A stretch of 56,984 nucleotides of DNA from a virus (lineage: Duplodnaviria > Caudoviricetes), in IMG/VR virus record IMGVR_UViG_3300021057_000013, positions 1 to 56,984 of that record, one strand, 5' to 3'. Each line of letters begins with the position of its first letter. Within the stretch, counting starts at the first letter, position 1. A program made the translations under genes and the position numbers. The notes beneath the pieces were generated by a model, which had not been told where the DNA came from, did no database searches, and saw only the letters and a program-made list of their open reading frames with translations. This document shows positions 8,933-17,848 of the stretch, piece after piece.

Positions 8933-8955
8933 AAAGGTGAAATCATTTCACCTTT
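8933..8955. promoter_or_regulatory. 23-bp palindrome AAAGGTGAAAT-C-ATTTCACCTTT (copy 1 of 3)
   Basis: Perfect 11-bp arms; near-identical copies at 24484 and 52752. Confidence 0.8.
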
Positions 8956-9012
8956 GAGGGAGAGAGGGATGGGAGAGGGAAAATATTTTCTAAATTATCG
9001 CTAATTGTTGGT

Positions 9013-9049
9013 CTGATGTATGTACATCAGTCTATCAGTGTGATATGAT
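9013..9049 (+). promoter_or_regulatory. Extended -10 promoter with a palindromic operator over the -35 position
   Basis: CTGATGTA-TG-TACATCAG (9013-9030); TGaTATGAT (9041-9049). Confidence 0.6.
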
Positions 9050-9084
9050 GAAGGTATCAAAAGAAAGGAGGAGAGGTAACGAAA

Positions 9085-9183
9085 ATGAGCCAGTTTGAAA
9101 AGCTGATGCTGATTCTCGCAGCACTCAGGGTCTACTTCGCAGCCATACGAACGATTGACCAAGTGCTCCGCAAGAAGAAGTAA
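9085..9183 (+). CDS. 32-aa hydrophobic peptide MSQFEKLMLILAALRVYFAAIRTIDQVLRKKK
   Basis: Strong SD AAAGGAGG; below the ORF track cutoff; basic C-terminus. Confidence 0.65.
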   Translation: MSQFEKLMLILAALRVYFAAIRTIDQVLRKKK

Positions 9184-9286
9184 GCCTCCCTAACCCGGGA
9201 GCCGGGGCCGCTACCAAGCGAGCCCCGGGCAGCTTCTCAAACCGGCTCTCACACCCCCATTATAAACCAAGTTTGGAGGCAAATCG

Positions 9287-9385
9287 ATGCGCGTGATTCA
9301 CATTGCGATAGCGCTCTTTGTTCTCGCCGAGATCCTGGATCTCATCACTGCCTGGGACCGCCGCCGCAAGGCGAGCGGCGTTTGA
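9287..9385 (+). CDS. 32-aa hydrophobic peptide MRVIHIAIALFVLAEILDLITAWDRRRKASGV
   Basis: SD GGAGG; single TM-like segment and basic tail. Confidence 0.6.
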   Translation: MRVIHIAIALFVLAEILDLITAWDRRRKASGV

Positions 9386-9448
9386 TTCCGCTCTGGCCCG
9401 GCCAGCGCCGGCCGGGCCAGGCTGTCCCATCACACAGGAGGAAAATTC

Positions 9449-9658
9449 ATGGAACGATTGCACCGACGCGGCGGGAATCATAACCCGACCGGCAAGAAGG
9501 CCCCCGCCGAAAAAACGAAAGTGCTGACCATTCGCTGCACCCCGGAGTTTCTTGATCGGATCCGGGTCGAAGCCAAGGCCCGGCGATTAAGTCAGGCTGA
9601 GCTGCTGGAAGCGGCCTTGATGCAGTACCTGACGACCGAGAGGGGAGATGCACCATGA
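9449..9658 (+). CDS. Ribbon-helix-helix (CopG/Arc-like) regulator
   Basis: VLTIRCTPEFLDRIRVEAKARRLSQAELLEAAL; SD AGGAGG. Confidence 0.75.
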   Translation: MERLHRRGGNHNPTGKKAPAEKTKVLTIRCTPEFLDRIRVEAKARRLSQAELLEAALMQYLTTERGDAP

Positions 9659-9726
9659 TTCTTGCATCTCCAATCGTGCCGGCCCGCCGGCTCGAAAAAT
9701 CGCAGAGGAGTTGATCAAGGAAAGGT

Positions 9727-10443
9727 ATGGAAAGTAATTCAAAATTGCTCTACTTGTATGAGCGACGCAAGGCCGTTGAAAGCCTGCTCGCCGGCAGGCA
9801 GCGGCTCACACCAGAGGAACAGGGCGTACTCGCGGATAGGTTTAGCTGCGAAAAAGCGTGCATCTACAATGATATAAAGTACGTCACGACCCGGAAAAAC
9901 TGGGCGGAAACCTATCAGATCTATATAGGCCTGGTCGACAAGGATGATTCTGTCAGGGTCGGGACGGATCAGCTGGCTCCCGTTCGAGCGAGAATCATCA
10001 AGCGCGATCAGGGAGTCTGCCAGTATTGCGGGAACATGCCCATTGGCTCTGATCGGGTGCTTGAGCACGTGATTCCTTCTTCATCGGACGGCACCGACAT
10101 GGAGCATAATTTAGTGCTTGCCTGCCGTGCCTGCAACACCCGGAAAAAGGATGATGTGTGGATTCCCAGAAATATCCTGGTGCTGCAGACGCTGAACCGG
10201 GAGTGGGCCAAGAGGATTATCAAGCGGGCCAAAGAGGGCCATGAGAATCTGAAATATCTAGAGATGTCGCTTACGGAATATGTGCGCCTGATGGCAGAGC
10301 GGCGAAAACCCGTCTTTAAATCGAAGATATTGTCTTTCCTCGAAGAGGAAGCCAGGATCAGGGGTAATGGGACGACCATTCAAAGCCTATTGGACGAGTT
10401 GGCAACAGCAGACATCGAAAGAAAGGACGCTGCCTATGTCTAG
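9727..10443 (+). CDS. HNH endonuclease
   Basis: RDQGVCQYCG...EHVIP...NLVLACRACNTRK; lower GC. Confidence 0.85.
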   Translation: MESNSKLLYLYERRKAVESLLAGRQRLTPEEQGVLADRFSCEKACIYNDIKYVTTRKNWAETYQIYIGLVDKDDSVRVGTDQLAPVRARIIKRDQGVCQYCGNMPIGSDRVLEHVIPSSSDGTDMEHNLVLACRACNTRKKDDVWIPRNILVLQTLNREWAKRIIKRAKEGHENLKYLEMSLTEYVRLMAERRKPVFKSKILSFLEEEARIRGNGTTIQSLLDELATADIERKDAAYV

Positions 10444-10660
10444 AGCCCTGATCACCTGGGAGGAAGCCGAGTGGACCAGAGAAGCGCTCGGCATGAGCGC
10501 CGCCGACTTCGCCCGCCTGCTGGATGTCGAACCCTCGGCGGTCTATGCCGGACAGAAGCGGCCCCGGTCGTTCCTGAGCCCGCGGGCGGCCCTGCTGCTG
10601 ACGCTCGGCGTCAACCGCATCAACTTGAAAGCGAAGCGGGAGGCCTTGAAGCGGATATGA
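10436..10660 (+). CDS. XRE/Cro-like HTH protein
   Basis: REALGMSAADFARLLDVEPSAV. Confidence 0.75.
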   Translation: MSRALITWEEAEWTREALGMSAADFARLLDVEPSAVYAGQKRPRSFLSPRAALLLTLGVNRINLKAKREALKRI

Positions 10661-10959
10661 GAAAATCAGACGAAGCCTTTGACGCCGGCCAGATTCTAAG
10701 CGCGACCCTGCTGGAAGCGGGCGTTACCTTCTACCAGTTCGATGCGGGGGATCTGACCTTCGAGAGCCTGCAGCACCTGGCCGATCGCTTGAAGCAGCGG
10801 GCGCAGATCTGCCAGCAGGACCGCGACCGGCTAGAGGAGGTGCGTGTAACGAGCGTGGGTCAGGGGGCCGGGCACTTCGATTGGCCTGAGCAGATTCAGG
10901 CTCATGATGGCACATGCTGGCATCTGGTTGAGCCGGGCATCTACCGGCCGGAATCCTGA
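10657..10959 (+). CDS. Hypothetical protein
   Basis: ATGA overlap; starts MRKSDEAF. Confidence 0.55.
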   Translation: MRKSDEAFDAGQILSATLLEAGVTFYQFDAGDLTFESLQHLADRLKQRAQICQQDRDRLEEVRVTSVGQGAGHFDWPEQIQAHDGTCWHLVEPGIYRPES

Positions 10960-11076
10960 TTCTGCCTGCTGTGCGGCCCCGCATGCGCCGGCACGGACGC
11001 CCCGCACAGCGGCCCGCATGACACTTTGAGCCGAAGCGGGTATGCTGGGGCAGATCCCTGAGAGAGGAGAGAGAAG

Positions 11077-11376
11077 ATGACTTGGATCCGGCAGATCAGC
11101 GGGCGGGAATTGATCCTGCTCGAGCAGGAGAGCCAGGCGCTTCTGATCATCAAAACGCCTGAGCGGGGGCAGCTGCGCCAGGACGCCGATGGGCTGAGCT
11201 GGCACGGCCGCAGTCACTCGGAAACCTGCGAGCTCACGCGCGGGGGCGAGGAGAAGCCGCCGCAGATCAAACTCCGAAACACAATCGGATCGGCGGCAAT
11301 CCCGCTTCCGCTGGCCGAGGTTGACTGGCTCTGGCGGCAGCTTGAAGCCCTGGCCGGCCCGCCCGTGCCCTGGTGA
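11077..11376 (+). CDS. Hypothetical protein
   Basis: Purine-rich SD; 99-aa ORF. Confidence 0.55.
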   Translation: MTWIRQISGRELILLEQESQALLIIKTPERGQLRQDADGLSWHGRSHSETCELTRGGEEKPPQIKLRNTIGSAAIPLPLAEVDWLWRQLEALAGPPVPW

Positions 11377-11399
11377 CACTCCGCGCCGAAGCGGAGGCG

Positions 11400-11720
11400 C
11401 TAGGCCTTCAGCTCGGCCAGCATCCGCTGGACCGTGGCGTCGTCCAGCTCGAGCGCCAGGCGCAGGCCGCCGGAGTCCAGCGAGAGATGCCATGTGCCGG
11501 TGTTGAAGGGCTCCGGGGCCAGGTGCAGGCGCAGGCGCAGGCTCGATCCCGGCAGCGTGATTGCATAGCTCGGCTTGCCCATGGGGCGTCCGTTGACCGT
11601 ATACGCCCCGTCCGTGACGCCGAGATCGGTGATCCCGGCGCGGCCGAGGTTCAGATCGATCTCGATCAGGCCGGGCCCGCGCAGGGTCAGAAAGCTATTG
11701 TCCAGGGTGATCGGGTCCAT
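11400..11720 (-). CDS. Hypothetical protein
   Basis: SD GAGGAG; TGATG coupling to the WGR gene. Confidence 0.65.
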   Translation of the reverse strand: MDPITLDNSFLTLRGPGLIEIDLNLGRAGITDLGVTDGAYTVNGRPMGKPSYAITLPGSSLRLRLHLAPEPFNTGTWHLSLDSGGLRLALELDDATVQRMLAELKA

Positions 11721-12121
11721 CAGGCGGTCTCCTCAGCATCAAAATCCAGAAAGCTCAGCTGCCCATCGGCCGGGCGCTCGGTTGCCGCTGCCGGCGGGGG
11801 CGTGTACAGAAAGAAGTTCTTCGGCAGGACATGCTGATCGGCATCCCTGTAGCCCTCACGGCGCTTCTCCTTGGCGACCTGCTCGAAATGGGCCTCGGCC
11901 TCCTTGCGCGTCGGCAGCTCCTCCCATTTCTCGGTCACGTACTCACCGACCCGGCCCCAGAGCTTGTGCACCGCTTTCGAGCCCGGCGGCAGCGCCAGGC
12001 GGTAAAAGCGGTAGTTGTTCTGATCCGGGTCGAGGTAGAGGAGATAGAGGATTTTCATAGCTGTACGGTAGCGCATGCGGGCGCATGCTATCTGTGACGG
12101 ATTCCCTGTACGTCGGCGCAT
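11720..12121 (-). CDS. Stand-alone WGR-domain protein
   Basis: NNYRFYRL...KLWGRVG...FEQVAKEKRREGY; TATAAT (12155-12160) and SD AAGGAG upstream; alternative start at 12058. Confidence 0.85.
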   Translation of the reverse strand: MRRRTGNPSQIACARMRYRTAMKILYLLYLDPDQNNYRFYRLALPPGSKAVHKLWGRVGEYVTEKWEELPTRKEAEAHFEQVAKEKRREGYRDADQHVLPKNFFLYTPPPAAATERPADGQLSFLDFDAEETA

Positions 12122-12320
12122 ACGAGACTCCTTCTTTCTAGCTCAGATCTCGTTATTATACGCTCCGCACGATCGGCCGTACAGCCCCCGTCTGTGCGAT
12201 CGCATGCGCTGCCGCATGCCCAGGCCCTGCCTCACAATCGCCTCTCTCCTCCTCTGGCTGATCTGCCGCCTGTGATGCATTTCACCGACGCCCGCGCACG
12301 GACGGCCGTATGCTGCCCCC

Positions 12321-13142
12321 ATGACCGATCCACCAGAGCCGGCAGCCCCGGACGAGACGATCAACATCGTGCAGATGGCTGACAAGGTCGGGATCAAGGA
12401 AGCGACGGTGCGCAAGTACGCATCCGAGTTCTCGATCCCGAGCTTCAAGCGGCCCAGTGGCGAGCGGCATTTCAGCGCCGCCCTGGTGCCCGTGTTCCGC
12501 CAGATCAAGGCCCTGCGCGAGGGCGGCATGGGCGCGGAGGAGATCCGCAGCAACATCGCCGAAACCCTCGCACAGGAAGCCGAGAAATTGGCGGTGCTGC
12601 CGGAAGCGCAGGGCGTGGATGTCGAGCTGATCGTCGATCGGGTCGCCGAGCGGATGCGCGGGGAGATCCAGAAGCATGATCAGGCCCTGCTGCGCTCGCT
12701 GATCGAGGAGCGCGACCGGGAGGCCGGCGCGCTGCGCGAGGAGCTCGGGCGGGCGAAAGCCCTGATCGAGATCGCGCAGGCCCAGCTCGGCGAGGCGCAG
12801 CAGCAGGCCCGGCTCTTGCCCGAAAAGGCGCAGAGCCTCGAGGCTGCCGAGCGCAAAGCCTGGCAGGCCGAGCAGATCGCTGAGCGGGCGCACGAGCGCG
12901 AGCAGGCCGCCGGGGCAGAGGCCCTGAAGCTGGCCGGCGAGCTCGAGCAGGCGCGCGATCAGATCCGGGCGCTGGAGGCCGAAGCCAAGGTATCCGCCGG
13001 GCAGATCACGGATCTGCAGGCGCAGGCCGCGGCCCAGGCCGGCCAGATCCGCGAGCTGCAGCAGCTGCTGCAGGCCGAGCGGGAGGCCCTAGCGCGCGAG
13101 CGCGGCCGGTCCTGGTGGGCGAAACTGACCCAAAAAACGTAA
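12321..13142 (+). CDS. MerR-type HTH with long coiled coil and amphipathic tail (TubY/RacA-like)
   Basis: MADKVGIKEATVRKYASEF...GERHFS; heptad region; C-terminal RSWWAKL. Confidence 0.75.
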   Translation: MTDPPEPAAPDETINIVQMADKVGIKEATVRKYASEFSIPSFKRPSGERHFSAALVPVFRQIKALREGGMGAEEIRSNIAETLAQEAEKLAVLPEAQGVDVELIVDRVAERMRGEIQKHDQALLRSLIEERDREAGALREELGRAKALIEIAQAQLGEAQQQARLLPEKAQSLEAAERKAWQAEQIAERAHEREQAAGAEALKLAGELEQARDQIRALEAEAKVSAGQITDLQAQAAAQAGQIRELQQLLQAEREALARERGRSWWAKLTQKT

Positions 13143-13174
13143 AGCGCCCGGCAGATCCGGGCAGGAGTATAACT

Positions 13175-13477
13175 ATGTCGAAGCGTACCACAGTCGATCA
13201 GGCCCTGAAAGAGATCGGGATCACAAAGCCCAGGCTGCTCGAGATCGAGCGGCAATGGGGGCTGGCCTTCGGGGCCGAGCTGCCGATCCCCCGCGATGGC
13301 CGCGGGCACCGGCAGTTTAGCCCGGCGGTGATCCTCTGGCTGAAGCATTTGACGCTGGAGCTCAAGGCGGGCGCGAGCCTGCTGGAGGCCAAGTTTGCCG
13401 CAGCCGGGCATCAGCCGGCCGCGGCGCCCCGACCATCCGCCAGCGGACGATCAGCCGCGCTGGCGATCGAGTATTAG
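13175..13477 (+). CDS. MerR-type HTH protein
   Basis: IGITKPRLLEIERQW...PRDGRGHRQFS; SD AGGAG. Confidence 0.7.
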   Translation: MSKRTTVDQALKEIGITKPRLLEIERQWGLAFGAELPIPRDGRGHRQFSPAVILWLKHLTLELKAGASLLEAKFAAAGHQPAAAPRPSASGRSAALAIEY

Positions 13478-13480
13478 GCC

Positions 13481-13522
13481 AAAAAAAAGAAAAAACCCCG
13501 GCGAGGCCGAAGCCTGCCGGGG
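13481..13522 (-). terminator. Intrinsic terminator of the late operon at the convergence point
   Basis: CCCCGGC..AGGC-CGAA-GCCT-GCCGGGG hairpin with a long T tract on the - strand. Confidence 0.85.
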
Positions 13523-13534
13523 GAATCTGAAAAG

Positions 13535-13717
13535 CTAGTCCTGCTCAGCGATCACCTGCTCGGCGATCTGCCGGGCCTGCGCGATTTGCTCGGGTGTCAG
13601 GGTCTGGCCGGGCTGAGGATCAAAATCAAGCCCATTGATCGTGCCGTTGGTATCGGCTACGGACTCAACAGGCAGCCCGTCAGCGACAAGCGCTAAAAGA
13701 ATGGCAGAGGTATCCAC
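13535..13717 (-). CDS. Small protein after the tail fibre (possible fibre chaperone)
   Basis: SD AAGGAGG, GTG start; function from position only. Confidence 0.6.
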   Translation of the reverse strand: MDTSAILLALVADGLPVESVADTNGTINGLDFDPQPGQTLTPEQIAQARQIAEQVIAEQD

Positions 13718-13727
13718 TATAGCCTCC

Positions 13728-15467
13728 TTACATCTGCAACTCAGCGAGCAGGCCATACTGCTCGAAGCTGGGGTTATTGTTGTCACCGTAGAACGAGGGC
13801 GCGCTGGCGTTGCCAGATTCACACGCCGACCAGTAATGGAACCCCGCCGCTGGCGTCGCGACGCCTCCGCCCACCGCTGAGCCGTTGGCTGCAACGTTGG
13901 TCGCCCAACGCCCCACGCGCCCTGTAAACGCAGTGGTTGAATCATGGCACGTGCCAAGCAGCACCGCGTTTCCGGCGCCACCCGTGATCAGGGAACCGTA
14001 GCTGGCCTGCGTCGAGTCCTCGGCCAGCCCTACGACATAGCTCACCCGATAGGTGCTGGAGTTGTTCGCGGCCCGGATTGTGCTCGAGTTGTAACTCCAA
14101 CTGTTCGTCGAGTCGAAAACGCCCACGAACACACGGCGCCGATTGGCGTGGTTCCAGAGATAGAGCTTTGCCTCGGTGCCGCCCGCTGCCGGAGCCGTGG
14201 TCAACCCCGAAAACTGCGTCTCGCCGGCCACTGTGGCCCTTCCGCTGCCGAGATATCGGTAAGTTGCATCGCCCGTGGTATAGCAAACCCCCGTGCTGCA
14301 GTCCAGCGCGGTCGCTCTGGTCGAATCATTCGACCAGAGAATCATCCGCAACTTGGGTGTGCCGCTGGCCTGGTAGGCGAAATAGTCCAGGTTTTTGCCG
14401 GCGGGCACTTTGAATGTGATTGATTCGGAGCTCGAGCTGGTCGCGGCATTGTTGAGGGTTACGGTATTGCCGGCGATGCTGCTGATCGTCGTGCTGCCGG
14501 GAATGCCGGTGCCGGTGACTTCCATCGTCGCCACCAGCTGGCTGGCGTCCGTGCAGACAATCGTTGTGTCGCTGTCGAGCGTGCAGCTCTGGGTATCGGT
14601 CAATTTGATCGATTTTTCAGTTGTGGTGTAGGTTTCCCAGCTGTCGCCGTCCCAGAGCGCGATCCGGTTGCCCGTGGCTGGCACCCAAAAAACCTGTGTT
14701 TTGGCCAGCTGGTCGCTGGTCATGTAGGGCGCAGCGGTTACCAGGCTCAGGCGGAACTCGTTGAGGCTGAGCGGGACAACGCCAGATCCGCCGCTGAGGC
14801 TATCGATCTGGGTCTGCAGGTTGCTGGTAGCTCCGTCGAGATAGCCGAGCTCGGTATCGCTGACGGTGCCGGATACAGCGACCTTGCCTGTGCCATCCGA
14901 GATCAAAGCGCGACTGGCCGTCAGGGTTTCGGTGTCGATCGAGGTTGCTGAGCCGGTGATCGTGGCCTGTTTGCCGTCGATCTGGCCCTGCAGTGCGCTT
15001 GTCACGCCGTCGAGATAGCCCAGCTCGGTATCGGATACCGTGCCGCTGACCTCGATTTTGCCGCTGGCATTGGAGATCAGCGCCCGATTGGCCGTCAGAT
15101 CCTCGGTGTCGATTGTGCTGCCGGCACCCGTCAGGGCCGCGCCGCCGATCGCGGTTTCGATCCCGCCAGAGGTCAGCTTGTAGAGGCTGCCGCCCCGGAA
15201 ATAGAGCTTGAGCCGGCTGGCAGCCGGATTGCCCGGCGTGCTGCCGAGCTCGGGCAAATCGAGGGCATTGGCATCGTCGATCAGGATGCTGGAGTCCTGC
15301 AGGAGTTTGCCCGTCGTGCCGTTGAAGCGCGGGATCGCATTGTCGGCCGTGCTGGTGGCCCCGATGACATTGCCGCCGCCGCCGGTCGTATACGCGCCCC
15401 AGCCGGGGCCCGTCGTCGAGAGGAAGAGGAGGAGAGGGAGGAGGAGCCAGGCGATGGGTTTTTGCAT
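13728..15467 (-). CDS. Tail fibre-like protein
   Basis: DNAIPRFNGTTGKLLQDS motif; two tandem repeats containing TELGYLDG..S.LQ.QID; Ser/Thr/Gly rich; SD GAGGAG before MQKPIAW. Confidence 0.75.
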   Translation of the reverse strand: MQKPIAWLLLPLLLFLSTTGPGWGAYTTGGGGNVIGATSTADNAIPRFNGTTGKLLQDSSILIDDANALDLPELGSTPGNPAASRLKLYFRGGSLYKLTSGGIETAIGGAALTGAGSTIDTEDLTANRALISNASGKIEVSGTVSDTELGYLDGVTSALQGQIDGKQATITGSATSIDTETLTASRALISDGTGKVAVSGTVSDTELGYLDGATSNLQTQIDSLSGGSGVVPLSLNEFRLSLVTAAPYMTSDQLAKTQVFWVPATGNRIALWDGDSWETYTTTEKSIKLTDTQSCTLDSDTTIVCTDASQLVATMEVTGTGIPGSTTISSIAGNTVTLNNAATSSSSESITFKVPAGKNLDYFAYQASGTPKLRMILWSNDSTRATALDCSTGVCYTTGDATYRYLGSGRATVAGETQFSGLTTAPAAGGTEAKLYLWNHANRRRVFVGVFDSTNSWSYNSSTIRAANNSSTYRVSYVVGLAEDSTQASYGSLITGGAGNAVLLGTCHDSTTAFTGRVGRWATNVAANGSAVGGGVATPAAGFHYWSACESGNASAPSFYGDNNNPSFEQYGLLAELQM

Positions 15468-15477
15468 GGTTAGCTCC

Positions 15478-15684
15478 TCAGGGCTGCGGATGCCAGTAGC
15501 CGATGGCAGGCTGATCCGTTGACGAGCGCTCCACCTCAGACTGAAACTCGACATACGGGCTCTCCAGCCGGAACACGTGCAGATCCAGCCGGTCGCCCGA
15601 ATGGGTGTTGGACACCATGGCCGGCACGGTCTCTGCCTCGCTGGCCGAGTTGATATAGGTAAATAAAACAGTGCTTCCCAGCAT
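15478..15684 (-). CDS. Small hypothetical phage protein
   Basis: SD AAAGGAG; 68 aa. Confidence 0.65.
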   Translation of the reverse strand: MLGSTVLFTYINSASEAETVPAMVSNTHSGDRLDLHVFRLESPYVEFQSEVERSSTDQPAIGYWHPQP

Positions 15685-15717
15685 ATATATCTCCTTTGAA
15701 ATTTCAGATCGGGGACA

Positions 15718-15939
15718 TCAGACGCTCTCCAGGCTGGCGCGCCAGGCGTCGACGGCAGCCTGGTGCTCGGCCTGGTAGGCGGCAAGTTCGGCCTTGGTCA
15801 TCACGGTCCAGCCCGGCGGGCAGGCGGCCGGGTCGATGGCTTCGATCACCTCGGCGGTCCACTGCGGGGGAATGCCCAGCAGCATCTCCGGGCTCTCGGG
15901 CCGATCGGCATAGAACTGCACGGCGCACTGGTCGCTCAT
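15718..15939 (-). CDS. Hypothetical protein
   Basis: ATGA overlap with the upstream gene. Confidence 0.6.
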   Translation of the reverse strand: MSDQCAVQFYADRPESPEMLLGIPPQWTAEVIEAIDPAACPPGWTVMTKAELAAYQAEHQAAVDAWRASLESV

Positions 15940-16769
15940 CGTGGCGCCGCGAAGTAGAGAAATTGGCGGTAGTAGTCAATCAGCAGAGCCTGGTTGACGC
16001 CGTTGCCGATCGACTTTTCCAGCTTGGCCGCCACGCCGAAATGCCGGCCGGCCCCGGTGGGCAAATTGGTGGTCAGGATCTGCGCCAGCGCCCCGTTGAT
16101 GTAAAACTCGGCGGCCAGGGGCATCAGGCGAATCCGCAGGTGCGTAAAGGCCTGGTTGGTCACCAGAACGGCGCCGGCGTTTTTCGTCCGGCTGCTGTTG
16201 CTGGCCGTGCAGCAGCGCCAGGTCAGGCCCTGGCTGTCGTCGTACTCAAAATACGCGCCGTCGACATGATCCCCGGCCGCGACGGTGTCGCCGAATCCGA
16301 TGCGCAAGCTGTAGCGTTGCGTTGGCGTGCTCAGGTTCAAGGGGAGAATCCGCCATTCCTGCTCGAGCGTGCCCAGGCTGGCGAGGTAATTGGCCGTGCC
16401 CCGGTGGATGCAGGCCCGGCCGCTGGCCGAGGTCCCGGCGTTAAGCTGGACGACCCCCGCGGCATTCAAGAGCGGGTCCACGCCGGTGGCGACAATGGCA
16501 AAGCCGCTGCCGCTGCCAGCACTTACCGTCTGCCAGTTCAGATTGCCCGCGACGGAGCCCTCGTCCCAGTCGTCAAAGGCATACCGCGCCGCCGATCCGG
16601 AGACAGCCCCCTCGCCGGGCAGCCCTTGGGGTCCGATCAGGCCCTGAATCCCCTGCGGTCCTGTCAGGCCCCGGGGCCCCGTCGGGCCTTGAGGTCCCTG
16701 CGGGCCGGGAATCCCGGCCAGGTAAAAGGGCACGGCCGGCTTAGATCGCCCGCGCGCGGCGAATCGCAT
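15936..16769 (-). CDS. Collagen-repeat protein with beta-sandwich-like C-terminus (accessory fibre)
   Basis: About 11 G-X-Y repeats (GIPGPQGPQGPTGPRG...). Confidence 0.75.
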   Translation of the reverse strand: MRFAARGRSKPAVPFYLAGIPGPQGPQGPTGPRGLTGPQGIQGLIGPQGLPGEGAVSGSAARYAFDDWDEGSVAGNLNWQTVSAGSGSGFAIVATGVDPLLNAAGVVQLNAGTSASGRACIHRGTANYLASLGTLEQEWRILPLNLSTPTQRYSLRIGFGDTVAAGDHVDGAYFEYDDSQGLTWRCCTASNSSRTKNAGAVLVTNQAFTHLRIRLMPLAAEFYINGALAQILTTNLPTGAGRHFGVAAKLEKSIGNGVNQALLIDYYRQFLYFAAPR

Positions 16770-16781
16770 ACCAGAAGAGCG

Positions 16782-17309
16782 TCATTTTGCCCCCGGAAAC
16801 GCCAGGCCGGCCGGCAGCTGGACCGAGCCGAGGCCCCAGTCGCAGTAGAGATCGGTAAAGGCCCCGTAGCCGTTGTAGAGGTTGACCAGCTTCTTGAGCT
16901 CGGGCAGCAGCAGGCCCAGGCAGCCGGCCGTGCCGGGGGTGCCCGCGTCGAGGTGAATCCCGATCGCGCGGTTGCGCCCGGCGAGATCCGTGCAGCTGGT
17001 CGGGATCCAGATAGGCGAATTGATCACGGGCCAGAGGGCGCTGTAATCGTTCGGCGCACCCTTCCAATCGATCGGGCCCAGGGTGTAATGCCCCTCCGGG
17101 CAGGGCTCGTAAATGCCGGGCTTTTGATTCGCCCAGGTGCGAAAGGTCTGCCGATTGGCCAGCCCTGAGCGCGCGACGACCTGGCCAATGTGCTTGTAGC
17201 CGGATTTGCCCTGGCCCAGGCTGATGCGGGCGAAGGCATGCAGATGGATAGCGTAAAGGCCCGTGGCCGGGTCTTTCTTGCCCTTGCGGGCGACGAGGAT
17301 GTTTTTCAT
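16782..17309 (-). CDS. L,D-transpeptidase-fold (YkuD-like) protein, probable endolysin
   Basis: PCPEGHY...IGIHLDAGTPGTAGCLG catalytic His...GC pattern; next to holin-like genes. Confidence 0.75.
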   Translation of the reverse strand: MKNILVARKGKKDPATGLYAIHLHAFARISLGQGKSGYKHIGQVVARSGLANRQTFRTWANQKPGIYEPCPEGHYTLGPIDWKGAPNDYSALWPVINSPIWIPTSCTDLAGRNRAIGIHLDAGTPGTAGCLGLLLPELKKLVNLYNGYGAFTDLYCDWGLGSVQLPAGLAFPGAK

Positions 17310-17317
17310 GGGGGCTC

Positions 17318-17836
17318 CTAATTCAGATTGCTGACCTTGACGCGGGCGATGAAGCGGAAGAAGGCCAGATCGCTCAGGTCCTCGGCCGGAATCAGCACGG
17401 CCAGGCGCTCGTTTTCATTGCCGCGAAGGATCGGCCGGTCGCGCTCGGGGAAGGGCTGGGTCGTGACCCGGGTGCCGCGGGTGGCGCCGCTGCTCGAGCC
17501 CAGCGGGGTCAGATCGAAGCCCGCCAGCCACCAGCCCTCTGTTTTGGTAACCTCGGCCCCGGCGCCCAGATCGACGAGCTCTGTTGGGCCGTCGGCGTCC
17601 TCGATCACGATCCGGACCCCATCGGGCGACAGCTCGGGCAAATTGCCGAAGGTGTTGTAATCGGCGTCGTCGTCGTGGATCAGGCCGATCAGCTCGATCA
17701 GTTCATAGACCTCGTCGGCGGCCGGCGCGAGCACAAAGCGGGTGTACCCGCCGGCTGCGGAATAGTCCTCGTTCGCGTCGAGCTGGGCGCTGTCGCCGAG
17801 CTTGTGCAGGGTAATCGGATTGAAGCCGTCGCGCAT
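17318..17836 (-). CDS. Hypothetical virion-associated protein, paralog of 38064..38576
   Basis: Shared F.LAP, G.LP.L.P.G and PAED.S.L...F.AR blocks. Confidence 0.7.
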   Translation of the reverse strand: MRDGFNPITLHKLGDSAQLDANEDYSAAGGYTRFVLAPAADEVYELIELIGLIHDDDADYNTFGNLPELSPDGVRIVIEDADGPTELVDLGAGAEVTKTEGWWLAGFDLTPLGSSSGATRGTRVTTQPFPERDRPILRGNENERLAVLIPAEDLSDLAFFRFIARVKVSNLN

Positions 17837-17848
17837 GATGCGGTCCTT

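Noticed and set aside
6773-10443. HNH proteins as the nuclease partner of the orphan omegaRNA
   Set aside because: Neither shows a PLMP domain, bridge helix or RuvC segments; both look like ordinary phage HNH proteins
13728-14100. Diversity-generating retroelement target in the fibre C-terminus
   Set aside because: No reverse transcriptase and no template/variable repeat pair found in the window
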